Of a stretch of DNA of 64,000 nt, positions 9,197 to 18,817 are shown in pieces. The stretch's first letter is position 1, and the number at the start of each line of letters is the position of its first letter. Origin of the DNA: Candidatus Bathyarchaeota archaeon (GTDB lineage: Archaea; Thermoproteota; Bathyarchaeia; Bathyarchaeales; Bathycorpusculaceae); contig CAWHDT010000001.1 of assembly GCA_963828195.1 (NCBI GenBank), positions 128,001-192,000 of the forward strand, read 5' to 3'. The position numbers were made by a program, and so were the translations under genes. Below the pieces are notes generated by a model, which was given only the letters and a program-made list of their open reading frames with translations, ran no database searches and had not been told where the DNA came from.

Positions 9197-10318
9197 ATGG
9201 GTAGCGGAAAAAGAATCCTATCAGATTTCAAAGTATTCAGCCGCGGTTATTTAAGAAACAGGTTTGGATTATTCTTCGGATTAATATTCCCAGTAATTCT
9301 GATCTTAATTTTCGGCGCAATTTTCTCGGGAAGCGGCACCAGCGCTGTCAACGTTTATGTTCAGAACCGAGACGTCGGACCTTTTGCGTCACCCCAAATG
9401 GATATAGCCCAACAGTTTTTAACCTCGCTTAACAATACTGGCGTAATTAAAATCACGATGGTACCTGATTCGGAGAATTTTTCAAAGTACCTAGCGTCTC
9501 AGTCAGCATCTGACGGCATTATTATTCCTGAAAACTTCTCGGCTGACTATTTAGCTGGTAATCCGGTAAATGTGATTGTCTATGGTAATCCAACATCAAG
9601 CACCAGCAGTATCGTTAACGGAGCAGTTAATGGAGTTATAAACTATTTCAATCTGAACTATTACAAGCAAAACGCTACACCCATCATCAGCGTAACCCAG
9701 ACTACGGTGAACACTCAGCAAACCAAATACATTGACTTTCTAGTTCCAGGCTTGATCGGTTTCGCCATACTTGTAAGCCCAATGTTCTCGATGGTTAACA
9801 TTTCCTCAGAGTACAAGAAGACAAAAATCTTTAAGCAACTATCACTAACACCGCTTACAAAAAATGAGTGGCTGACCTCTAAAATAATGTGGTACATTTC
9901 CCTGGGGGTCTTCAGCTTCTTACTCATGGTTGCCGTAGGAATCTTGCTGTTTGGCGCGCACATAACGTTAACTGTCTGGCTTATACCCTTCCTAATTCTG
10001 GGTCCAATGATGTTCTGTTCGTTAGGCATGCTGGTTGGAACCATAACAAAGAACCCTGAAACAGCAGGCGTGATAGGTAACGTGGTTACGTTTCCAATGA
10101 TGTTTCTCTCTGGCACATTCTTCCCGATCAGCATCATGCCGCAGTACTTGCAGAGCATCGCTCACGTGCTACCGTTATTCTACATAATTCAGGGCTTAAA
10201 CAACGTCATGGTCTACGCAAACTACAGCGGAGCAATAATCGACCTAGCAGTTACTGCCGTGATAACAGCTGTGTTCTTCGTTTTGGCAGTCAGACTCTTC
10301 AAATGGAGAGAAGACTAA
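9197..10318 (+). CDS. ABC-2 type transporter permease
   Basis: One N-terminal TM, extracellular loop, then C-terminal TMs with YIDFLVPG and LSGTFFP. Confidence 0.9.
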   Translation: MGSGKRILSDFKVFSRGYLRNRFGLFFGLIFPVILILIFGAIFSGSGTSAVNVYVQNRDVGPFASPQMDIAQQFLTSLNNTGVIKITMVPDSENFSKYLASQSASDGIIIPENFSADYLAGNPVNVIVYGNPTSSTSSIVNGAVNGVINYFNLNYYKQNATPIISVTQTTVNTQQTKYIDFLVPGLIGFAILVSPMFSMVNISSEYKKTKIFKQLSLTPLTKNEWLTSKIMWYISLGVFSFLLMVAVGILLFGAHITLTVWLIPFLILGPMMFCSLGMLVGTITKNPETAGVIGNVVTFPMMFLSGTFFPISIMPQYLQSIAHVLPLFYIIQGLNNVMVYANYSGAIIDLAVTAVITAVFFVLAVRLFKWRED

Positions 10319-10329
10319 ACCAAACTTCC

Positions 10330-10977
10330 TCATTTTTTTAGTTGCAATTCACACATTTTAAGTAAACCCAAAACTTCCAAGAACAATGCATCCGCGACCG
10401 CTGCTACTGGTTTATCCCCGTCTACCCGAACAAGTTCGCCTTCATCTACAAATTTAAGGTAGACGTCGCGAACTTTTTGCTGTATTTCCAAAGTTTCCAT
10501 AACAGACTTCTTTCTCTGCAAACGCTCCAGCACCCGTTCCGGAGATACATCGATGAAGATGCTGAAGTCTGGTTGCAGTGCACGAGCATTAATAGTTTTG
10601 ATCCATGCCAAGCTGAGACCTGCGCTGCCTTGGTAGGCTAAAGACGAGTAAATATAGCGGTCGCAAAGCACTATCTTCCCTTCGGCTAAAGCGGGAGCGA
10701 CCTCATTTTGCACGTGCTCAATGCGGTCAGCCGCAAACAGGAGCGCTTCAGCCTCTGTGGGAAGACGTTTCCCTTCATAAAGACAGCATTCCCGTATGAA
10801 AGTGCCTATTTTGCCTCGGCTGGGTTCTGCAGTGTAAATGGCGGCGTATTCTTTAGAGAGCTTTTCGGTTAGGAGTTGTGCCTGTGTGGTTTTTCCGCTT
10901 CCGTCTAAGCCTTCGATGCATATGAAAACGCCTTTTTTGACCATATTTTTCAACTTGGCTTTTTTAGCGTTAGACAT
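10330..10977 (-). CDS. tmk: Thymidylate (dTMP) kinase
   Basis: IEGLDGSGKTT, LFAADR, CDRYIYSSLAYQG; start may be the ATG at 10947. Confidence 0.95.
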   Translation of the reverse strand: MSNAKKAKLKNMVKKGVFICIEGLDGSGKTTQAQLLTEKLSKEYAAIYTAEPSRGKIGTFIRECCLYEGKRLPTEAEALLFAADRIEHVQNEVAPALAEGKIVLCDRYIYSSLAYQGSAGLSLAWIKTINARALQPDFSIFIDVSPERVLERLQRKKSVMETLEIQQKVRDVYLKFVDEGELVRVDGDKPVAAVADALFLEVLGLLKMCELQLKK

Positions 10978-11291
10978 TGTGGGGAGATAGATAAATAGAA
11001 GTTCCTATTAAATCGCCTTTTGTAGCTTCATTTTGAGACAACATTCCCTTATATTCTCTAACGCCGTAAGAGGGCTAACAAGAAAGGATAACAATCAGGT
11101 CTCATTTGTTGAACGGGTCTGACTGCTAACGTGTGAAAAAGGCGCACCCCTGCTTTTTTTGCCACCTATCACTGTTGGCGCACGGTTAAATCCGCTTAAT
11201 CACCTTTTTGCCCTATTTGCTCCGATGTTGTCTTTTTTATAAAAACTATTATATAGCGAGACACCGCTATGGAAGTTTTGGGGACGTACAC

Positions 11292-11510
11292 TTGAATCGG
11301 CTTGAAGCTATGGCTATGTTAAAGAATTAGTGGCTGGTAACTTAGTAAACCCTGATTACGTGAACATTGTACGAAGAGACGATAATAGTCATTACCAGAT
11401 TCAAATTACATGTGATTACAAAGGAAGAGATAGAAGCGTACGCAAAAAAAAGACAGTTGACTATAACAGAGGATAAGGAACGAAAATACTTGCTCATTTA
11501 CAAACCTTGA
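11292..11510 (+). pseudogene. Small hypothetical gene with two apparent frameshifts (or assembly indels)
   Basis: Joined frames give MNRLEAMAML/KELVAGNLVNPDYVNIVRRDDNSHYQIQITCDY/KEEIEAYAKKRQLTITEDKERKYLLIYKP*; TATA-like and GGGGAC elements upstream. Confidence 0.55.
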
Positions 11511-11632
11511 CTTGCTTTCCACCGCTAAGTTGCTGTGGCTTGAAATTAGAGGATTTACTCAAATCCACAATTTATCATTTGAAGAAAACATAGCGCAGGG
11601 ATATCTGGCATTTTTTAAGCTATAGAAAGGCT

Positions 11633-11757
11633 CTATCTTACATCTTTGAAACAGCAATTACAATTTTTACATGTGTAAACTTCAATGTGGAAAAAAAAGT
11701 TTTTAAGTGATTTGCCGGGCTTAGAAACTTCTTTGCCAAGTTTGGACATTTAGCCAA
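11633..11757 (-). pseudogene. Small Zn-ribbon protein gene with one apparent frameshift
   Basis: Restoring one G near 11738 gives MAKCPNCGKEVSKPGKSLKNFFFHIEVYTCKNCNCCFKDVR* with two CxxC pairs. Confidence 0.55.
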
Positions 11758-11966
11758 ATAAGTCATCCTTCAAACCGATAGCTCAACGTTAGACCATGGC
11801 GATTATTATAAGGATTTATTGGTAGCAAAAGGATACAACTTACCAGACCCTTGAGTCTTATTTTCTATGTTTATTCTATGCTATGCTGATTTTAATGGCA
11901 AAAAACTACGGAAAGATTTAACGATTAAATAGATACATCATAAATATAACTTACAAACTGTGAGGC

Positions 11967-13253
11967 TTGCTTGTGCCTAAGGTTTACTGGGGAGAAATAA
12001 AGGATCCCGTTCACGGGTACGTGTACATAAGTGAAACAGAAAAAAACATTATTGACTCTTATCCGATGCAGCGGCTCAGGCGGCTGAGGCAGCTGGCGGG
12101 TTCAGAATACGTTTACCCAGGCGCTAACCACACCCGCTTCGAACACTGCGTCGGCGTCATGTACCTGGCAGGCGAAGTTTTAGAAAACCCAAACATTTCA
12201 CAGTTAGTAAGCGATGAAGAAGTCCAAATGTGCCGGATTTCAGCGCTGCTTCATGATTGCGGGCATGGACCTTTCTCCCATGTTTTTGAGCATTTATTGA
12301 TAAAAGACTTGGAAAAAACGCATGAAGACATCACCTCATGGATAATTGAAAAAAGTGAAGTGGGCGAAAAACTGGCTAAAATGGGCTACAACCCCAAGGA
12401 AGTGGGTGGACTCGCCGTTGGGAAACTGCAAAAACATGGCAAAGCCTTCCTTGACCAGATAATAAGCAGCGCCGTCGACGTTGACAAACAGGACTTCATA
12501 GTCAGAGATACCTACCACACAGGCGCCGAATATGGATTCATCGATGTTTTCCGCATCATACATGCGCTTGACGTTTTAGGCGAAAATCTAGCCGTAGAAC
12601 TAGGTGCACTGTCAGCGTTAGAAGTGTTCATGATTGCAAGGATCGAATCTTTTAAGAGCATTTATTTTCATCGCGTCGGCAGGGCAGCGCAGATTATGTT
12701 GGCAACCGCCATGGAAAAAGCAAACAGCGAGTTAGGATTGACTGCGTTTAAAACACCTGAAGAATACATGGCGCTTGACGACTACACAGTTTGGGCGTCG
12801 CTCAAAAAATGTGAAGCTTCGAAAGAAATAATCGGCAACTTAGAAAGGCGCAGAATGCTAAAGTGCGCTTATGAACGGACCTTCTACGAGAAGGACACTA
12901 TGATATCGAACATTTTCGGTCGCGAGTCATACCGACGCCAGATGCAAAGCGAAATCGCCAAAGAAGCAGGCGTCAACATTGAATCAGTGATAATTGACGT
13001 GCCCACCGTGCCCTCCGTACCCTACCACCATGCCGTACTAATGGAGTCTATGGAGATTCCTGTTTTCAGCAGAAGCCAAACGGGAGAAAAAACCCCGCAG
13101 CGATTAAGCGAGATTTCAAAGATTTTCGAAACACTCAAAGGCTTCATGAACATACTGCGAGTGTACACAGATGCAGATGACCGCGAAAAAGTAGAAAAAG
13201 CAACAGCAAAAATCTTGGGAAAAATCCCATCCGCAGCAAAAATCTCATTTTAG
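11967..13253 (+). CDS. HD-domain phosphohydrolase (COG1078, SAMHD1/dNTPase-like)
   Basis: DPVHG, QRLRRLRQL, YPGANHTRFEH, LLHDCGHGPFSH, DVDKQD. Confidence 0.92.
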   Translation: MLVPKVYWGEIKDPVHGYVYISETEKNIIDSYPMQRLRRLRQLAGSEYVYPGANHTRFEHCVGVMYLAGEVLENPNISQLVSDEEVQMCRISALLHDCGHGPFSHVFEHLLIKDLEKTHEDITSWIIEKSEVGEKLAKMGYNPKEVGGLAVGKLQKHGKAFLDQIISSAVDVDKQDFIVRDTYHTGAEYGFIDVFRIIHALDVLGENLAVELGALSALEVFMIARIESFKSIYFHRVGRAAQIMLATAMEKANSELGLTAFKTPEEYMALDDYTVWASLKKCEASKEIIGNLERRRMLKCAYERTFYEKDTMISNIFGRESYRRQMQSEIAKEAGVNIESVIIDVPTVPSVPYHHAVLMESMEIPVFSRSQTGEKTPQRLSEISKIFETLKGFMNILRVYTDADDREKVEKATAKILGKIPSAAKISF

Positions 13254-13401
13254 CACTTGCAAATATTGAGCTGGGGCGACGCGCTATTTGCTGTAGGAAA
13301 ATGGTTGTAAATAGTAGGGGGAGGCTGCTCGAATGAATGGAATGAGGGGTAAAACAGCGGCTGCTAAATGCAATCTGATGATTTTTCTTAAATACTAGTC
13401 C

Positions 13402-13956
13402 TTGCTTAACAAGAAAAGCAGAGAACGAAGGCTGGGAAGAGAAATGGAGAAAAATTCTGAAGACAAGAAAGTTATAAGCGTGAGAATCAAAAAGAAACCT
13501 GAACTTAAAGCGGAGCCAACTTTACTTTTTAGCCAAAAAGACATCCGAAAATATGTCACTGAATTTGTTTCTTCCTGGATCAGAGGAGACCTTGTAATCC
13601 GTTTTCCCACAGCGGCTGAATTAGCTAAGAAGACGCCTTTGAGCATAGCATTCCCGACCGATCCATCTGTTAACGCGGAGTTAAAAATTAAGGAGCATTA
13701 TGTGGATCAGCTATCAGTTATTGCTGGAATAAAGCCTGCGTCAGTTGACGAACAAGAAAAAGCAATTGCAGATGTTTTCAGAATGCTGCTGATGTTCCGC
13801 AGCGCTAACAGAATTGAAGGCAAAATCATCTCAAATGATCTGGAAAAGAGGATAGAGGAACTTGAGAAAATAGCCAAGAACCAGGGAAAACTTGTTGATC
13901 AAATAACTGGATTTTTGTTCAAGCCAAAAAACGAAACCAATAAAGCGCCAAGCTAG
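13402..13956 (+). CDS. Hypothetical protein with C-terminal coiled coil
   Basis: 184 aa ORF (start may be ATG 13444); LEKRIEELEK heptads. Confidence 0.6.
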   Translation: MLNKKSRERRLGREMEKNSEDKKVISVRIKKKPELKAEPTLLFSQKDIRKYVTEFVSSWIRGDLVIRFPTAAELAKKTPLSIAFPTDPSVNAELKIKEHYVDQLSVIAGIKPASVDEQEKAIADVFRMLLMFRSANRIEGKIISNDLEKRIEELEKIAKNQGKLVDQITGFLFKPKNETNKAPS

Positions 13957-14030
13957 CTGAAAGCCCCCTTCTTGAAGGGTAAGGTTTATTCGAAGGAAAA
14001 AGCATTCTGCTTGGTGCTTTTAGGCAAAGG

Positions 14031-14108
14031 GCTCCGGTAGTATAGTCCGGTCAAGTATACTGGCCTTTCGAGTCGGCGACCCGGGTCCAAATCCCGGCCG
14101 GAGCACCA
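14031..14108 (+). tRNA. tRNA-Glu(TTC)
   Basis: Acceptor GCTCCGG/CCGGAGC, anticodon arm CTGGC-CT TTC GA-GTCGG, T arm CCGGG-TCCAAAT-CCCGG, encoded ACCA. Confidence 0.95.
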
Positions 14109-14316
14109 ATCATTCTTCCTCAAAGAAATCGGTCAAAGAAGACATTCTGCAGCAAACGTAGCGAACTTAGAGCGATTCAAACTTGTAATGCCGATTCCAT
14201 TCGGGGTCGGGAGGTACATTTTTAACAATTGAAAATAGGTCTAAAAAGAGGTATAGTGCAGTTGGAACGGCAAATTTTGTGTGATTGATTAAATAGCAAA
14301 AATAAAAAAAGGGTTT

Positions 14317-14991
14317 TTATTGTGGCAATGGTTTTCCGCAGTTGGGGCAAAAAGCGGTGTTTGGCTTTACAGGTGCGCCGCAGTTTGGGCAGTATCGTGT
14401 TGTTTGGGTTGGCTGGGCTGCTGGTGCTTGGGTTGGCTGTGCGCCTGGTTGTGCAGGAGGTGGAGCATAACCAGATGTTGGTGAACTATATTGTTGCTGT
14501 GGTTGAAGTTTCATGGAGAAGAAGCCTATTGTGGCAAATATCCAAGCGATGAATATCAGTATTAAGCCAACAAAAACAATCGTCAATATGGCGCCCCACC
14601 AAAGTAAGGTGCCAGCGGTTGAAAACGAGTGGTCTCCCGATTTTTGTGCAAGTAATTCGAAAGTTTTTCTTAAGCGACCGGCTGCAAGTACATAGAATAT
14701 AAATGCAACGATTAGGCCTAGAAAGAAAAATACTACGCCGATTATAGATAAGCCAGTTGCCAATGAAATAACGGCTACTGCCGCCGCAACTACAGCGATT
14801 ATGTAGTATATGACGCCCGTGACTGAATCCTGATAGATTTCGTTACTTTGATAGTAACTTGCAAGTCCCTTGATACCCAAAAGGAACAAGATTATACCGA
14901 CGATACCTAAGAAAGGAACTATGCTGAGTATAAGCAATATTGAGCCGACGCCAGCCATTGTCTTACTAGATTCTGCATTACTACTACTCAT
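14317..14991 (-). CDS. DUF996 membrane protein with C-terminal zinc ribbon
   Basis: GVGSIL..LS, F.TAG.L.WWGAILTI TM motifs; P/Q linker; CPNCG...CPNCG. Confidence 0.85.
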   Translation of the reverse strand: MSSSNAESSKTMAGVGSILLILSIVPFLGIVGIILFLLGIKGLASYYQSNEIYQDSVTGVIYYIIAVVAAAVAVISLATGLSIIGVVFFFLGLIVAFIFYVLAAGRLRKTFELLAQKSGDHSFSTAGTLLWWGAILTIVFVGLILIFIAWIFATIGFFSMKLQPQQQYSSPTSGYAPPPAQPGAQPTQAPAAQPTQTTRYCPNCGAPVKPNTAFCPNCGKPLPQ

Positions 14992-15110
14992 TTGACTTTT
15001 CCCTCAATAAATTGGCGTTTGTTGTTAAATAAAAGCTTTTTCAATCAGATTAGCGTCAATTTGACTATTGCGGAGAGTAAAATAAACTGCGTTCAGTATA
15101 AAATGTAGGA

Positions 15111-16646
15111 GTGACCAAAGTGACCATCATTCGGTCTTATAACGAACTAATATCAAAAACTAAAGATGCCACAGTGTTCGGAACCGCTGAGGGCATAATT
15201 CACTGGGACATGGAAACCATGATGCCGCCTGGTGCAGTAGACCAAAGAAGCCTGCAATTGTCCTTATTTAGTCGTATTCATCACCAGATGAGCACTGACC
15301 CACAAATAGGAAAACTTTTAGCCACAATACAAGCAGCCCCCGAGTATAAAGGACTGGGGCAAGCCGAGAAACGCAATATTTTTTTAATCAACAAAAACTA
15401 CCGCGAACAAACTGCTTTACCAGAAAAACTCGTCGCTGAACTCGCCAAGCAAGAAGCAATAACAGTGAACGTTTGGAAAAAAGCCAAAGCCCAAAAGAAT
15501 TTTGGCTTCTTCAAAGCGGATCTGCAGAAACTTTTAGAGTTAAACAAGCAAGCTGCAGAAATCCTTATGAAGGTTAAGGAAACCAAAACGCCATATGAGG
15601 CGTTGATTGATAATTTTGAGCCTAAAATGACTACGGACCAGATTGCGGAAACATTTAATCAGCTTCAGCGGGGCTTAAAGCCGCTAATAAGCAAGGTGCA
15701 AGCCGGCTCAAACAAGCCAGATACCTCAATACTTTATCAACCGGTTCCAGTTGAGAATCAACGCAAAATTGCACAATTTTTAACAAAAACATTAGGCTAC
15801 GACACTGCCTCGTCTGCCGCACATGGGAGAATTGACGAGACAGAACACCCCTTCACCACAGGCTACTACGACGACGTACGGATAACGACCCATTATTACC
15901 CAAACAACTTTGCCAGCTCAATCTTCTCTGTGATGCATGAGAGTGGGCACGCGCTCTACGAGCAGAACCTTAACCCAAAATGGAAATATCAACCAGTAGG
16001 CTCCACATGCTCCTATGGCATACATGAGTCACAATCGCGGTTTTACGAAAACGTAATTGGCCGCTCAGAAGAGTTCTGGACAAGCTTTATGCCTAAACTC
16101 AAAAAAGCAGCCCCGGGCCTCGCAAACGTTGAATTAGACAGGTTTGTTAGAGCCGTCAACAAGGTGGAGCGTTCAAAAATCCGCATTGAAGCCGACGAGG
16201 TGACATACAACTTGCATGTGATTATCCGCTTTGAAATTGAAAGAGACCTTTTCGCGGATAAAATCGCGGTCAACGAACTCCCTGAGGTGTGGAACCAGAA
16301 ATACGCTGATTATCTCGGCGTGAAAGTTGAGGATGACTCGGAAGGAGTGATGCAGGACACACATTGGGCTAGCGGCTTATTTGGTTATTTTCCAAGCTAC
16401 GTGCTTGGGAACATTTACAGTGGGCAAATAACTGAAGCAGTGACAAGAGATCAGCCTGATTGGCGCATTCAACTTGCATCGGGGAAACTAAAACACGTTA
16501 ATGATTGGCTAAAGAAAAACATTCACATGCAAGGAGACCTCATGGATCCAGAGGAACTAATTGGGAAAGCAACTGGCAGAAACCTGAATTCTGAACCGTA
16601 CCTGAAATACCTGAATGAAAAATACAGCAAAATTTACGGATTTTAG
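15111..16646 (+). CDS. Carboxypeptidase M32 (Taq-type)
   Basis: WDMETMMP, HPF, DVRITT, HESGHALYEQ, HESQSR, IRIEADE, QDTHW, GYFPSY. Confidence 0.95.
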   Translation: MTKVTIIRSYNELISKTKDATVFGTAEGIIHWDMETMMPPGAVDQRSLQLSLFSRIHHQMSTDPQIGKLLATIQAAPEYKGLGQAEKRNIFLINKNYREQTALPEKLVAELAKQEAITVNVWKKAKAQKNFGFFKADLQKLLELNKQAAEILMKVKETKTPYEALIDNFEPKMTTDQIAETFNQLQRGLKPLISKVQAGSNKPDTSILYQPVPVENQRKIAQFLTKTLGYDTASSAAHGRIDETEHPFTTGYYDDVRITTHYYPNNFASSIFSVMHESGHALYEQNLNPKWKYQPVGSTCSYGIHESQSRFYENVIGRSEEFWTSFMPKLKKAAPGLANVELDRFVRAVNKVERSKIRIEADEVTYNLHVIIRFEIERDLFADKIAVNELPEVWNQKYADYLGVKVEDDSEGVMQDTHWASGLFGYFPSYVLGNIYSGQITEAVTRDQPDWRIQLASGKLKHVNDWLKKNIHMQGDLMDPEELIGKATGRNLNSEPYLKYLNEKYSKIYGF

Positions 16647-16825
16647 CTTGCGGGTTTTTTAGTTATTTCCTTGTAAATGTATATAGCAAGATAGGCGAAA
16701 ATTGCGCCGATGAACATGTAAACGCCAGTGTAGCCTATGATTGCGTTATAAATGTTGGCGCCGACGAGGAATAGCAGAAAGCCAAGTAGGAATATTCCCA
16801 AGCATGCCCAGTCAGTCCAAGACAT
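16643..16825 (-). CDS. Small two-TM membrane protein
   Basis: 60 aa with two hydrophobic helices; ATG start. Confidence 0.7.
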   Translation of the reverse strand: MSWTDWACLGIFLLGFLLFLVGANIYNAIIGYTGVYMFIGAIFAYLAIYIYKEITKKPAS

Positions 16826-17041
16826 CCGATTGCCTCATAGGATGCATTCAATAAAACTACAAGGTATATAGATTTACCGCCAAAGCTCTTACATTAATAT
16901 CTTGATGCTACAGCCCTAACCCCAAAAAAAAATTATAGCGAGAGACCGGTAAATTTCATCCCGACATCTTCAAATGTTTTTCGGAGCATCCGACATTCTT
17001 ATATACAAGATAATATAATGGAAAGCCCTGAAGGTAATTAA

Positions 17042-18484
17042 ATGTCGGGAGCAGATGTTAAGAAGCCAGAAACGCGGGAAGAACTTGTTAAAACGTTGAC
17101 GGAAGCAGCAAAAAAAGAGGTTGGCTCAAAAAATAAGCCGTCAAAACCGACAATAGTTGGAACGGCAAAAGAAATGGAGATTCACAGGGATACACTTTAT
17201 AGTTGGTTGAAGGAGTTCAATGTCGATTTTAAAGAAATTACTGACCACATACCGACAGATGTTGCCGATGCCCCTGAAGAAAAATCGGGGAAAACTTACC
17301 TAATCGGCGAATCTCTAGTCGGAGAAGGAAACGAAGTTGCACATATTGACCTTATGATCGGCGATAAGGATGGCCCGGTAGGTCAAGCATTCGCCAACGG
17401 CATGACAAGCTTGTCAGCAGGCCACACGCCGCTTCTGGCAGTCATAAGACCAAACTTGCCTCCGAAACCCCACACGCTAATAGTTCCCAAAGTAACCGTT
17501 AAGAACATGGCGGACACGGGAAAAATTTTTGGTCCCGCTCAAGCGGCGGTTGCCAAAGCCATCGCGGATTCAGCTGAAGAGGGAATCATCCCCCGTGAGC
17601 ATCTTGACGATTGGGTCATAATCTGCAGCGTCTTTATCCATCCCCAAGCAGTCGATTACAGAAGGATTTATCAGTACAATTACGGCGCAACAAAAATGGC
17701 GCTTCAACGGGCACTGAAGAATTACCCAACGTATGAAAAGATGATCTACGAAAAAGACCGCTCAAAACACCCGATCATGGGCTTCAAAGTACCACGCCTA
17801 TGGAGACCACCATACCTACAAATTGCGCTTGATGCACCCTCACTTGAAGCGGCGAAGAAGGTTCTTGAACAACTGCCAGGAAGCGACAGAATCATTATTG
17901 AAGCCGGAACTCCATTGATCAAACGCTATGGCACCAAAGTGATCAGCGAATTGCGGCAGATAGCCAAAGAAAAATTCATAATAGCTGACCTCAAAACGCT
18001 TGATGTAGGCAAAGTCGAAGTAGACATTGCATACGAAGACACGGCGGACGCAGTTGTTGCAGCAGGCTTAGGTCCAGCGGAAACTCTTGACGCTACAGTC
18101 AGCGAAGCCAGACGCATGGGAATCTACTCGGTCATCGACATGCTAAACGTGGAAGACGTCCTCGCAAAGCTTAAATCAGTTAAAGACCTGCCAGACATTG
18201 TTATCCTGCACAGAGGCATCGACATGGAAAACGGCAGAACCTGCGGGCTCGAACGCATAAAGATGATACGCCAAGCTTTCCCAAACAAAAAACTCCTCAT
18301 TGCAGTTGCAGGCGGCATCGTCCCAGAAACAGCCAAAGAAGCCTTGGAACAGGGCGCAGACATCCTAATCGTCGGCAGATACGTCACCCAGAGCAAAGAC
18401 ATCGAACGCAGCGTACGCGACTTTCTTGAGCTAACGCCAGCCATGCGGGAAGACATCGACCTCTACAGAGTCCACACAGAATAA
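17042..18484 (+). CDS. fae-hps: Bifunctional formaldehyde-activating enzyme / 3-hexulose-6-phosphate synthase with extra N-terminal HTH-like domain
   Basis: Fae: GESLVGEGNEVAHIDL...GHTPLLAV.RPNL..KP. Hps: LQIALD, IEAGTPLIK, ADLKTLD, LHRGID, AVAGGI. About 85 extra N-terminal residues. Confidence 0.92.
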   Translation: MSGADVKKPETREELVKTLTEAAKKEVGSKNKPSKPTIVGTAKEMEIHRDTLYSWLKEFNVDFKEITDHIPTDVADAPEEKSGKTYLIGESLVGEGNEVAHIDLMIGDKDGPVGQAFANGMTSLSAGHTPLLAVIRPNLPPKPHTLIVPKVTVKNMADTGKIFGPAQAAVAKAIADSAEEGIIPREHLDDWVIICSVFIHPQAVDYRRIYQYNYGATKMALQRALKNYPTYEKMIYEKDRSKHPIMGFKVPRLWRPPYLQIALDAPSLEAAKKVLEQLPGSDRIIIEAGTPLIKRYGTKVISELRQIAKEKFIIADLKTLDVGKVEVDIAYEDTADAVVAAGLGPAETLDATVSEARRMGIYSVIDMLNVEDVLAKLKSVKDLPDIVILHRGIDMENGRTCGLERIKMIRQAFPNKKLLIAVAGGIVPETAKEALEQGADILIVGRYVTQSKDIERSVRDFLELTPAMREDIDLYRVHTE

Positions 18485-18817
18485 ACCGAGATGAGGTCAC
18501 CAACCTTTTCTTTTATCTTATTTAATTTCTCCGCATCGACAGTGATAAAAAATGATTTATGCAATTTTTGAATAAACCAAACAACCTCAGTTTCTTAACG
18601 CTTATGCGCTTGCCTATTTGGCTCCTGTAGATGCGGCAATTAGGCAAATCCAGCAGTTTATTCTCCTTTTCGCCCGTAAGCTAGCCTGATATAACTGCGT
18701 TTAAAGCCCTGAACCAAAAAAGCAACTTAAGACAAACTTTGCTCAAATCTGCTTACCCTATAGACCGACCTATTATTTGTTCCAAAAAATCGCCACAAAT
18801 ATGGCTTAAAACTTTGT

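Noticed and set aside
14109-14316. Cassette array downstream of tRNA-Glu
   Set aside because: No duplicate of the tRNA-Glu 3' end or the palindrome was found downstream by eye.
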